NCBI GenBank assembly: GCA_030668875.1
Contig: DAOVER010000017.1
Span: 1-32,000, forward strand
Direction: 5' to 3'
Length of the DNA: 32,000 bases
From: Candidatus Heimdallarchaeota archaeon
GTDB taxonomy: Archaea; Asgardarchaeota; Heimdallarchaeia; Heimdallarchaeales; Heimdallarchaeaceae
Shown here: positions 1-8,700 of the stretch, piece after piece
How the letters are laid out: the number at the start of each line of letters is the position of its first letter
Numbering within the stretch: position 1 is the stretch's first letter
Position numbers and translations under genes: made by a program
Notes under the pieces: generated by a model
The model's database searches: none
The model's input: the letters and a program-made list of their open reading frames with translations, nothing else
Told to the model about the DNA's origin: nothing

Positions 1-1
1 T

Positions 2-1363
2 CAAATCCTTCGGGACTGAAACAGAGGTGTTAAACGCTACCATAAACTCTCCCAAGCGGTTGATATCCAACCCCAGCACTTGTTTCTTACCTTTAGGAAT
101 CTTTGGGAGATAAGTGTGGAGAAGTTTGTGAGAGTGGAAACTGTTATGTGTCCCCTCTAAGACCACATCTACTCGAGGTTTGAAACAGGGAGCACTGCCG
201 CTGTTCACTTGGAAAACCTTAATTTCTGCACCATTTTTTACGTATTCCAAGACTTTGGGGGGAAAGAGAACTTGAGCAGTAAGTTTCTTCTTGCCCATTT
301 GTGGAAAACCTAAAGTGGTTCTACCATGGTTCTTTACTTGTCTGGTCAAATCTTTTGCATTCCCTTCACGGGTGATAACATAATCTTTTTTCATTAGTAG
401 TTTTACTGGTAATCTTCCTTGTTTTTTACGTTTGAATGGGAGAGGAACAAGCTTGTCTACAGGTAAACCTTGTAATAATTGAGGGACACTCTGCATGAAC
501 TGGTCAAAGAGTGTGAAAACTACCACCTGCCTTACGGCAGAAAAGAGTTTTCGAGTAGGCTTACCCATTATTTCTGCTAATTCCTTAGCTAATTTTTTGA
601 GACTTTTCCAACGAGAAGGGTGAAAGCTGTTGATCCACGAGGTGAGAAAGGGAGCAACAACATGTTGTTCTTGTTTCAAGAGTTTAAGTTTATTTTTGAA
701 AGCTTGCTGATTCTTCGTGAGGGTAGGAAGTTGTGAGAAATTATTGGTCTGGTGAGTCAGAACATCATCGATTGCTTGCACCACATCTTGTTGCTTGTAA
801 GTAGGTAAAGCTCCATTCAACACCAGATTATTAGAGAAATAGTAGTTCCTCTGTTTCTTCTTGCTAAAACTATCTAGCTGCATTCTAGAACTGGTCAGAA
901 GGTTAATGACGTACCTTCTCTGTAGTTTCCAATATTTTCCCAAACTCTGTTCTGTATAAGGCGAGCGACCAAAAATCATCCATTCCACCAGCTGTTGAGG
1001 GTTCTTATGCAAGAAGTTGAGCAACCCTTGCACTTTCTTCTCTTTGTCTATCTTCCCTTTTACTGCTATCTGGAGCCAGTGGTAAGCGCTCTCAGCGATG
1101 TTAGGGTTCTTCCCCACTGCTTTCCCTACCTGACGGACAAAGTAGCGTTCTTTAGGGTTAGTGCGGTAGAGGTCTAAAGCTTTCTTAACTACATCTTGAC
1201 TGAGAAGGTCGTGCTGCCTCTCTTCTAAATTCCTAATTCTTCGGTTGATTTCTTCTCGTTGAGAGGGGGATACACACTTCAACGCTACCTGATAACTCCT
1301 CATCACCTCGTCTAAGTTAATAGGTGGAGAAGTTTTAGAGGTGCTTGCTGCTTGTGTGCCCAT
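2..1363 (-). CDS. tnpB: Large TnpB/Cas12-like RuvC protein, N-terminal 454 aa (3'-truncated by window edge; absent from the ORF track)
   Basis: Manual translation from ATG 1363 is open to position 2: MGTQAASTSKTSPPINLDEVMRSYQVALK...KPRVDVVLEGTHNSFHSHKLLHTYLPKIPKGKKQVLGLDINRLGEFMVAFNTSVSVPKDL. Lys/Arg-rich, with RuvC-I-like VLGLDIN (Asp433, codon 67-65), directly downstream of an IS607 tnpA remnant. Confidence 0.75.
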   Translation of the reverse strand, partial: MGTQAASTSKTSPPINLDEVMRSYQVALKCVSPSQREEINRRIRNLEERQHDLLSQDVVKKALDLYRTNPKERYFVRQVGKAVGKNPNIAESAYHWLQIAVKGKIDKEKKVQGLLNFLHKNPQQLVEWMIFGRSPYTEQSLGKYWKLQRRYVINLLTSSRMQLDSFSKKKQRNYYFSNNLVLNGALPTYKQQDVVQAIDDVLTHQTNNFSQLPTLTKNQQAFKNKLKLLKQEQHVVAPFLTSWINSFHPSRWKSLKKLAKELAEIMGKPTRKLFSAVRQVVVFTLFDQFMQSVPQLLQGLPVDKLVPLPFKRKKQGRLPVKLLMKKDYVITREGNAKDLTRQVKNHGRTTLGFPQMGKKKLTAQVLFPPKVLEYVKNGAEIKVFQVNSGSAPCFKPRVDVVLEGTHNSFHSHKLLHTYLPKIPKGKKQVLGLDINRLGEFMVAFNTSVSVPKDL

Positions 1364-1394
1364 CTTCTACTCGTACGTATAATCCTTAAATTGC

Positions 1395-1402
1395 TATTTA
1401 AA
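1395..1402 (-). promoter_or_regulatory. Candidate archaeal TATA box (TTTAAATA) for the tnpB-like gene
   Basis: TTTAAATA on the minus strand ends 32 nt upstream of ATG 1363, inside the 50-nt tnpA-tnpB gap. Confidence 0.4.
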
Positions 1403-1413
1403 CCCGAAGAATC

Positions 1414-1627
1414 TCACTGGTTCTGTGGTGCTTTTCCTCTCCTCTGTCTGTGCAACCTCCCTGCAAAAGAAGTGACGAGAGCGATCATATCTTCTACTAA
1501 TTTGTTTTCAGTTGCTTGCTCCTCTTGTCCTCTTGCAAGGGAGGAGTTTTTCTTCCTTCTCCCACCTCCTCCTAGTACTAGCTGATACTCCTTGCATGTA
1601 TGCTGCTATGCCAATTCTAACTAACAT
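1414..1627 (-). pseudogene. tnpA: IS607 tnpA (serine-recombinase transposase) remnant with internal deletion and frameshift
   Basis: Frame A from ATG 1627: MLVRIGIAAYMQGVSASTRRRWEKEEKLLPCKRTRGASN* (MerR-type HTH of IS607 TnpA). Overlapping frame B: GQEEQATENKLVEDMIALVTSFAGRLHRQRRGKAPQNQ* (IS607 TnpA C-terminal LVED..SFAGRL helix). The catalytic YARVS domain between them is missing. Confidence 0.8.
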
Positions 1628-1721
1628 AGTTTTAGTTTTACTCTTCTTTCGAAAACATTTTCTGTTTTTTGGCAAGATTGAGCAATATTTCTTTCAGCTG
1701 TTGTTTACAGTTAGAACCACA

Positions 1722-2552
1722 TCATATCTTATCTGAAATGTTTTCTTGAACCGATTTCAGTAAATTGGATGACTGATCTGATTTTTCATGAAAGTTTAAT
1801 CCTATGGGGGATATGCTAATACTTTTCATGGTTTGCACTGCCCATGTATCGGTGTTTTCAGGAAAAGATTTTTTCTGTTCTCCCCACAACCATAAGTATG
1901 GGAGTTTTCGTGGATCTTTCTTCTCTACCATGTAGTTATCGTATTTATAAAACGCAGGCCTTGTGATATATACCTTTGTTTCTTCTGTAATCTCAGTAGG
2001 GTAATTTACGTTTAGAAAAGCTAGACTCTTTGGCCATTCCATATCCAATGTGTGCTCAACAATCATACTAGATATTTTTGCCATTCTATCAAAATTAATT
2101 CCTTTTTGTTCAATAAGTTGTGCATCATCAGATAAAGCAGCTGAAAAAGCAATTGCTGGAACATTATTGAAAGCTGCTTCGAATGCGGCAGCGCAAGTAC
2201 CACTTGTTAAAATTGAATGAATTGAAGAATTATCTCCATAATTAATTCCACTTACAACCATGTTAGGTTTCTTTTTTAGAACATGAATGCCCACAAGAAC
2301 ATTATCAGCTGGTGCACCAGTTGTACTGTAGCCTGTTGAACCATCATCATAATCTATTTGTGAGAAACGTATGGGTTTATGGAATGTAAGAGCCTTTGAT
2401 ACAGCTGAACTAGCTTCTGCAGGTGCAAAACACACCACTTTAGCTATTTTGGCAAGTTCTTCTCTAACAGAATTTAGGCCAATGGATTTAATTCCATCAT
2501 CATTTGTCAATAGAATAAGTTTATCTTTCACAAAGATAAAATGGACATCCAT
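1722..2552 (-). CDS. surE: 5'/3'-nucleotidase SurE
   Basis: ILLTNDDGI, SKALT, G(A)PADNV, VVSGINYGDN and SGTCAAA motifs. Confidence 0.95.
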   Translation of the reverse strand: MDVHFIFVKDKLILLTNDDGIKSIGLNSVREELAKIAKVVCFAPAEASSAVSKALTFHKPIRFSQIDYDDGSTGYSTTGAPADNVLVGIHVLKKKPNMVVSGINYGDNSSIHSILTSGTCAAAFEAAFNNVPAIAFSAALSDDAQLIEQKGINFDRMAKISSMIVEHTLDMEWPKSLAFLNVNYPTEITEETKVYITRPAFYKYDNYMVEKKDPRKLPYLWLWGEQKKSFPENTDTWAVQTMKSISISPIGLNFHEKSDQSSNLLKSVQENISDKI

Positions 2553-2662
2553 TTGTTAAGTTTTATCTTTGAAAATAAATTTTAGTTCAAACATAACGTT
2601 AAAAAAAACTAATCGTGCTGTTCTTTTAGAATAGATAATTACTTACATAAAGGTGTTTTACG

Positions 2663-5368
2663 ATGACAGAAAAATATGTCTATAAATTTTTTAGTAAAGC
2701 TATAAGTGAAGGAAAAGCAGAAATGAAACCATTGCTAGGTGGAAAAGGAGCAAATTTAGCTGAAATGACAAATTTGGGGCTGCCTGTACCACCAGGTTAT
2801 GTAGTAACAACTCAAGCCTGTCTTCATTTTCTAGCGAATAACGACTCCTACCCTGAAGGGTTGGAAGAACAAATAGAATTAGCACAACAAGGATTAGAAA
2901 ATTCCGCAGGGAAGAAATTGGGAGATGAAAATGATCCCCTTTTAGTTTCTGTAAGGAGTGGATCAGTTATTTCCATGCCTGGAATGATGGACACAGTATT
3001 GAACCTTGGTTTAACTGATAGTTCCGTTGAAGGGTTGGCAAAGGTGTCTGAAGACCCAAGATTCGCCTATGATTCATACCGTCGTTTTATTTACATGTAT
3101 GCTGATGTGGTAAAAGGTGTCAGCAAAACATTTTTTGAGAAAGAATTGAAAAAACTCAAGGAAGAACTCGGAGTAGAATCTGATACAGAAGTACCTGCTG
3201 AAGAACTCAAAAAACTTGTCCAAAAATACAAAGAAATCTATAAAGAACATTTGGGCGAAGACTTTCCACAAGATCCACGTGTTCAGTTATCTGATGCAGT
3301 TAAGGCTGTTTTTAAAAGCTGGAATAATAAACGTGCTATTGATTATAGAAACCATCAAGGCATTTCACATGATTTAGGAACTGCCGTCAATATTATGATA
3401 ATGGTTTATGGTAACCTAGGAGAAACATCTGCAACCGGTGTAGCATTCTCAAGAAACCCATCCGATGGAAGTAAGGGAATTTACGGAGAATATCTCATTA
3501 ATGCTCAAGGAGAAGATGTTGTTGCTGGAATTAGAACCCCAGTACCAGTTGCAAATCTCAAAGACGAGATGCCCCCCCTCTATAATGAATTAGTAGAGAT
3601 TTCTGGGAATTTGGAAACTAGATATAGAGACATGCAAGATATGGAATTTACAATTCAACAAGGAAAACTCTACATGCTTCAAACAAGAAATGGTAAAAGA
3701 ACTGGAATCGCTGCAAGTCAAATTGCTTATGATTTAGTTAATGAGGGCGTTATCACTAAGGAAGAGGCTATCATGAGGATCACTCCAAGTGATGTTGAAA
3801 ATGCTTTATTCCCATCTATTGATTGGCAACAAATAAACGCTAATGCTCCAATCAAACAAATTAAACATGAATTAAGTGATAAACTCCTTGGCTCAGGTTT
3901 AGCTGCTGGAGCTGCTGCTGCGACTGGACTTGCTATTTTTGATGCCGATAGAGCTGAAGAAGTAGCAAAACAAAATAAAGATGTAATTCTAGTAAGGGTA
4001 GAGACAAACCCATCCGATTTTCATGGTATGGCTGCCAGTAATGGTATTCTAACAATGAAAGGCGGTCTAACAAGCCATGCTGCAATTGTTGCAAGACAGA
4101 TTGGTAAAGCTTGCATTGTTGGAAGTGAAAAAGGTGGAATATCTATTGATGTTGAGAAAAACGAACTTTATGCTAAGGGTATAACCATTAAGGAAGGAGA
4201 CTGGATTACTGTCGACGGTGATGATGGTTCAATCTATGCTGGTAAACTGCCTACTAGGCCAGCTAACTTGCCAGATTCAATGAATATAATTTTAGATTGG
4301 TGTGATGAAACCGCTAAAATTGGTGTGAAAGCTAATGCTGATAAACCTGATCAATTCATAAAGGCTTTAGAATTTGGAGCTAAAGGTATAGGTCTATGTA
4401 GAACAGAACACATGTTCTTTGATAATCTTGATTTAGTTAGAGGTATGATTTTAGCCAAAACTGATGAAGAAAGAAAACACTATGTTGATCAGTTAGAACC
4501 TGTTCAAGAAGAGGATTTCCGAGGCATATTTGATGTTTCAAAAGGCTACCCTGTTATTATACGTTTGATTGATCCTCCTCTACATGAATTCTTGCCAAGT
4601 GAAGAAGAATTAATGACTGAGATTTTTGAAGCAAAATTAGCAGGAAAGAAGGATGACGATTTCAAGGAAACAGCTGATATGTTAGACGTTGTAAGAGAAA
4701 TGAAGGAACAAAATCCTATGCTCGGTTTAAGAGGTTGTAGACTCGGAATTACAATGCCAATTGTAACAGAAATGCAAGCTCGTGCAATATTCAAAGCAAC
4801 TGCTAAAGTTATCAAAAGCGGCAAAGAAGTACTTCCAGAAGTAATGGTTCCTCTTGTAGGGTTCCAAAAAGAATTCGAACACCAAAGAACAATCATTGAT
4901 CGCATTGCTAAGGAAGTGATGCAAGAAGAGAGTATCGAATTTAAGTATCTTGTGGGAACAATGATTGAAGTACCCAGAGCAGCTTTAACAAGTAGTGAAA
5001 TTGCAGGTGGAGAACAAGGGGCCCAATTCTTTAGTTTTGGAACTAATGATCTTCATCAAATGACTTTAGGTTTTAGCAGAGATGATGCTGGTCCATTTAT
5101 CTCCAAATATGTGGAACAAGGAATAATCAAAGATGATCCATTTGTTTCAATAGAAGAAACAGGTGTCGGACGATTAATGGAGATATGTGTAGAAGATGGA
5201 AAAACTGCAAATCCTGAAATTGAATTAGGGATTTGCGGTGAACAAGGTGGGGATCCTCAGTCTATAGATTTCTGTTATAGAATCGGTTTGGATTACGTAT
5301 CTTGCAGTCCATTTAGAGTACCAATAGCTAGATTAGCTGCCGCTCGCGCTACATTAAGCAATAAATAA
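2663..5368 (+). CDS. ppdK: Pyruvate, phosphate dikinase
   Basis: GGKGANLAEM, SVRSG..SMPGMMDT, GGLTSHAA (phospho-His), GTNDL and CGEQGGDP motifs; 901 aa. Confidence 0.97.
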   Translation: MTEKYVYKFFSKAISEGKAEMKPLLGGKGANLAEMTNLGLPVPPGYVVTTQACLHFLANNDSYPEGLEEQIELAQQGLENSAGKKLGDENDPLLVSVRSGSVISMPGMMDTVLNLGLTDSSVEGLAKVSEDPRFAYDSYRRFIYMYADVVKGVSKTFFEKELKKLKEELGVESDTEVPAEELKKLVQKYKEIYKEHLGEDFPQDPRVQLSDAVKAVFKSWNNKRAIDYRNHQGISHDLGTAVNIMIMVYGNLGETSATGVAFSRNPSDGSKGIYGEYLINAQGEDVVAGIRTPVPVANLKDEMPPLYNELVEISGNLETRYRDMQDMEFTIQQGKLYMLQTRNGKRTGIAASQIAYDLVNEGVITKEEAIMRITPSDVENALFPSIDWQQINANAPIKQIKHELSDKLLGSGLAAGAAAATGLAIFDADRAEEVAKQNKDVILVRVETNPSDFHGMAASNGILTMKGGLTSHAAIVARQIGKACIVGSEKGGISIDVEKNELYAKGITIKEGDWITVDGDDGSIYAGKLPTRPANLPDSMNIILDWCDETAKIGVKANADKPDQFIKALEFGAKGIGLCRTEHMFFDNLDLVRGMILAKTDEERKHYVDQLEPVQEEDFRGIFDVSKGYPVIIRLIDPPLHEFLPSEEELMTEIFEAKLAGKKDDDFKETADMLDVVREMKEQNPMLGLRGCRLGITMPIVTEMQARAIFKATAKVIKSGKEVLPEVMVPLVGFQKEFEHQRTIIDRIAKEVMQEESIEFKYLVGTMIEVPRAALTSSEIAGGEQGAQFFSFGTNDLHQMTLGFSRDDAGPFISKYVEQGIIKDDPFVSIEETGVGRLMEICVEDGKTANPEIELGICGEQGGDPQSIDFCYRIGLDYVSCSPFRVPIARLAAARATLSNK

Positions 5369-5405
5369 ACTACTTCTCTCTCCTTTTCTTTTTCTTTTCT
5401 TTTAC
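5369..5405 (+). terminator. Pyrimidine/T-rich tract, probable archaeal terminator between convergent genes
   Basis: CTTCTCTCTCCTTTTCTTTTTCTTTTCTTTT directly after the ppdK stop. Confidence 0.5.
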
Positions 5406-6352
5406 AATGATATTATTCTATCAATGCTATCTAGGAAGAAACTTATGTCTTCTGTGTATTCAAAGAGAAGCCTAACGAGCTCAGACTTTAATGAGGTTTT
5501 ATGAAGAGCTATTAATTCATCAAGCATCTGGATATTTGTCTTAGTATTTGCGAATTCTGTATAAACTCCGATTATATCTCTTTCTTGAATTGAACTAAGA
5601 AGATTTTCAAGAATATCAAGAATGAAATACATTTTGTTATTGATATCTCCTGATTCGCTATAGTTGTCTAGCATTATCTGTGTTGAGATTTCCTGAGCTT
5701 TTGTTGCGATGTCTTCATAGGCGATATCCAACATGTCGGTTACAATCTCATCTATGTTCATCTCATCTGCTCTCTGCTCCGTGGGCACCGTTGAAACATC
5801 CATTTTATTTGTTGTATCTTTGATCTCTTCATCTAACCATTTGACAAAGGAAGGTGTGATTATCGGTTTACGATCCAGAAGAGTGTCAGCAGATGCGAAA
5901 TCCTCTTGTTTTGGCTTAGGGTGAAAAAATTGTTCTTTTATTTGTGAATGAGCAGTGTATTCAGGGTAATTTTCGTAAACATACTCCACCAATTGCCGTA
6001 GACTATAGTTGTTGAAATCATAACAGAGGTCTTGGATAACTTGATCATAAATGTCCCCAAAATCATTTTCCAATAGATATTGTTCTCCGTGATCTGTTAT
6101 TTGATAACGATGAAGAATTTCACCACCAGCTTTCTCAACTTCTTCATGTTCAATATAACCATAGTCATCTAAATGCTGAATGTCCTCTTGGATAACTTGA
6201 CAATATGGTCCAAATTTAAAAGGAATAAAATCATAACCAGTATTGATATGATAATTCTTCTCCAAAAGAAACAAGAGTTTTTGAAACTGTACTCTCCCAT
6301 TAACGTATCCCATGTGTTTTAAAAGTAATAACAACGTGGAGTAACGGGACAT
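5402..6352 (-). CDS. YwgA/DUF4065 (Panacea/SocA-like) winged-helix domain protein with acidic C-terminal extension
   Basis: N-terminal GRVQFQKLLFLL...YDFIPFKFGPY...DIQHLDDYGYI fits the QKLxF...GPY pattern; the C-terminal ~170 aa are unrecognised. Confidence 0.65.
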   Translation of the reverse strand: MSRYSTLLLLLKHMGYVNGRVQFQKLLFLLEKNYHINTGYDFIPFKFGPYCQVIQEDIQHLDDYGYIEHEEVEKAGGEILHRYQITDHGEQYLLENDFGDIYDQVIQDLCYDFNNYSLRQLVEYVYENYPEYTAHSQIKEQFFHPKPKQEDFASADTLLDRKPIITPSFVKWLDEEIKDTTNKMDVSTVPTEQRADEMNIDEIVTDMLDIAYEDIATKAQEISTQIMLDNYSESGDINNKMYFILDILENLLSSIQERDIIGVYTEFANTKTNIQMLDELIALHKTSLKSELVRLLFEYTEDISFFLDSIDRIISL

Positions 6353-6406
6353 CTCAGTATAATTAAACAGAGATTAATATATAAACTCATAGAAATATTA
6401 GAGACT

Positions 6407-7420
6407 ATGATGAGTAAAACCCCCGTTTCAGGTAGTTTACTTGTTTCCATAGCTGCTTTATTATGGGGCACAAGTTTTGTTGTTATACAGTGGGGGTTTG
6501 AGAACAGTGAAATTAATCCCTTACTTTTTGTTTTTCTTAGGTTTGCCATAGCTGCAATAGTTTTCTTACCAATTGCTTTGTATAAACTTAAAGGAATCAG
6601 TAAGCTGCTTCTGTCTAGACCTATAATTCTCATCGGATTATTCAATGCTTTTGCATTCCTATTCCAATTTCTAGGACAAGACCATACAACAGCAGGAAAG
6701 GCCTCTCTTTTTGTCAATTTTTATGCCATTACGGTCCCTTTGATAGCTCCGTTGATATTACCTGAAAAATACAGTTGGAGAGTAATAGTAAGTACAATTC
6801 TAGGCTTTGGTGGTGCTTTTCTAGTCACAACTAATCTTGATTTTGCTGCATTGGGATTTAATGGAGATTCATCACTACTTGGTGATTTGCTCACACTCTG
6901 TTCTGGTGGAGCATGGACATTATATATCTTGGCTTCAAAAAAATATTTCGAGAAGGAGAAAAGTGCTTCCGGTTTAGATGTTTTTTTTGGAACTCTAATT
7001 TGGACAGCTGTTTTTCTCACCTTGGGACTACCTTTTGCTTTTATTAATACACAATGGAACGACATTGTCTCACAATTTACTTGGCAAGTTATAGTTTCCA
7101 TTTTTTATCTTGCAATAGTTTGTACAGTTGGGGCCTTCGCAATATACATGGTTGGGTTGAAAAAAACAGATGCAGGAGAAAGTGTTATCTTTATGTTTAT
7201 TGAGGTCATTGTAGCCTTTATATTGGGTTGGTTAATTCTTGAAACTGTACCAGAACCATGGGAGATAGTTGGGGCAATATTAATTATTATTGCTATTATT
7301 GTAGTTTCTCTCAAATTTAAGGAGGTAAAGGATTCAAAAATGGATGACAAGGATCACGTAACTAAGCAAAAGGAAGAGGGCAATCATGAGGAAAGTACAA
7401 CTGAAATTCAACCAGAGTGA
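6407..7420 (+). CDS. EamA/DMT-family transporter
   Basis: LLWGTSFVVIQ, LRFAIAA and two 5-TM repeats. Confidence 0.9.
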   Translation: MMSKTPVSGSLLVSIAALLWGTSFVVIQWGFENSEINPLLFVFLRFAIAAIVFLPIALYKLKGISKLLLSRPIILIGLFNAFAFLFQFLGQDHTTAGKASLFVNFYAITVPLIAPLILPEKYSWRVIVSTILGFGGAFLVTTNLDFAALGFNGDSSLLGDLLTLCSGGAWTLYILASKKYFEKEKSASGLDVFFGTLIWTAVFLTLGLPFAFINTQWNDIVSQFTWQVIVSIFYLAIVCTVGAFAIYMVGLKKTDAGESVIFMFIEVIVAFILGWLILETVPEPWEIVGAILIIIAIIVVSLKFKEVKDSKMDDKDHVTKQKEEGNHEESTTEIQPE

Positions 7421-7562
7421 AACCTTTACTCGTGGTTTCTTGAAGCTTTCTAAATGAAAAATTACCAAAGTGAGTCTTACTGGAATAATACACAAAGAAT
7501 ACGGAGTAAAAACAACCCAATTCACAAGATTTTATAAGAAACTCAATCCTCTGTACTGTATT

Positions 7563-8576
7563 ATGAAAAAGAAAAACATTATTGCTATCATTATGACTGC
7601 TATTGGAATAGCTCTCATAACAACAGCATTAGTTATAGTTTATACCTCTTATCAAAGAGCCAATCCAATTGATGCAGCAATAACTAATTACTTCTATGCC
7701 AATAGGAGTGAATCCCTCGAACTTATTATGTATATAATTACCTATTTGGGAGAATCCTTAGTATACTTTGGTATGTTGCTCCTTCTTTATTATCTCTGGG
7801 ATAAGAAGAAAACCTTCAGGACAATGTCACTAATAATAGCATCTACAGTTGTTAACACCTCAGCTAAAGCTATTTTTAGATTAGAAAGACCACCTAAATA
7901 TCAGCACTACAGTTTAATAGACGAGATATCTTCTGGCTTACCAAGTGGTCATGCCCAGAATAGTACAATCTTTTGGGGTACCCTTGGAATATTTCTAAAG
8001 AAAATAATGATTGTATTTTCAATTCTAATGCCATTACTGATTGGTTTCTCGAGAATATATTTAGGCGTGCATTGGTTTACCGATGTGATAATGGGATATG
8101 GTATAGGTTTTCTTGTATTAGCATTATACATTTTCTTTGGTGAATACATTGAGAATTTCCTCAATGAGAAGTCTGCAACAATTAAAATTTTAGTAGCTAT
8201 TGCAGTAACTGCTATTTTTGCTGTCATTGTAATTTTCTTACTTTATAATCGTGTTGAAAATGATATTGAGTTAATTTCCGGTGCCTTAAAACTCATTGTG
8301 TTGCTTACCACACTTTCTATTTCCTATACCGTTGAAGGTTCGCTAATTAATTTTAATAATGAAATTGATAAATGGTGGAAATACATTGTTAGGATTTTGA
8401 TTGGTGGTGCAACCTTCGGCATTTTCTACTTTGGGGTGTCAATGCTATTTGATCTTGCCATTAACGCTGTTGCTTGGGTAGGCATAGAATTAACACTAGA
8501 CCTAATTAGATATGCTATGCTTGGTCCGGCCTTCCTCCTCCTCGCTCCTTGGATAATGATGAAGTTGAAAGTCTAA
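7563..8576 (+). CDS. PAP2-family membrane phosphatase
   Basis: KAIFRLERP, PSGHAQ and SRIYLGVHWFTDV motifs; start reassigned to ATG 7563. Confidence 0.9.
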   Translation: MKKKNIIAIIMTAIGIALITTALVIVYTSYQRANPIDAAITNYFYANRSESLELIMYIITYLGESLVYFGMLLLLYYLWDKKKTFRTMSLIIASTVVNTSAKAIFRLERPPKYQHYSLIDEISSGLPSGHAQNSTIFWGTLGIFLKKIMIVFSILMPLLIGFSRIYLGVHWFTDVIMGYGIGFLVLALYIFFGEYIENFLNEKSATIKILVAIAVTAIFAVIVIFLLYNRVENDIELISGALKLIVLLTTLSISYTVEGSLINFNNEIDKWWKYIVRILIGGATFGIFYFGVSMLFDLAINAVAWVGIELTLDLIRYAMLGPAFLLLAPWIMMKLKV

Positions 8577-8700
8577 AGCAACTTCACACCTTTTTTTCTT
8601 TTCCTTATTTTTATGAATACTTAAACTCTTGTTATTGTCTTTCAACATTAGATTTTTAAAGTAAATATGATTGGCTAATTTAGTTGTAAGAGGATTCAAA

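Larger units (their letters stand above)
1..1718 (-). mobile_element. IS607-family insertion element, non-autonomous (deleted tnpA + large tnpB-like gene); continues beyond the left window edge
   Basis: Minus strand carries IS607 TnpA-like N- and C-terminal fragments followed by a RuvC-I-containing ORF, the tnpA-tnpB order of IS607. The region is visibly richer in G/C than neighbouring genes. The boundary at 1718 (a GG dinucleotide 3 nt after the surE stop) is only a guess. Confidence 0.75.

Noticed and set aside
59-67. D-x-N in RuvC-I as a Fanzor-specific signature
   Set aside because: Many prokaryotic TnpBs also have GIDIN/GVDLN, so the motif is not diagnostic.
1-1720. Calling the large RuvC ORF a CRISPR type V effector (Cas12)
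   Set aside because: No repeat-spacer array or cas1/2/4 is visible in the window and the upstream gene is an IS607 tnpA; cannot be fully excluded because the downstream side is off-window.
995-1736. Plus-strand ORFs 995-1177, 1352-1585 and 1512-1736 in the ORF track
   Set aside because: They are antisense shadows of the minus-strand tnpB-like gene, tnpA remnant and element end, with no recognisable motifs.
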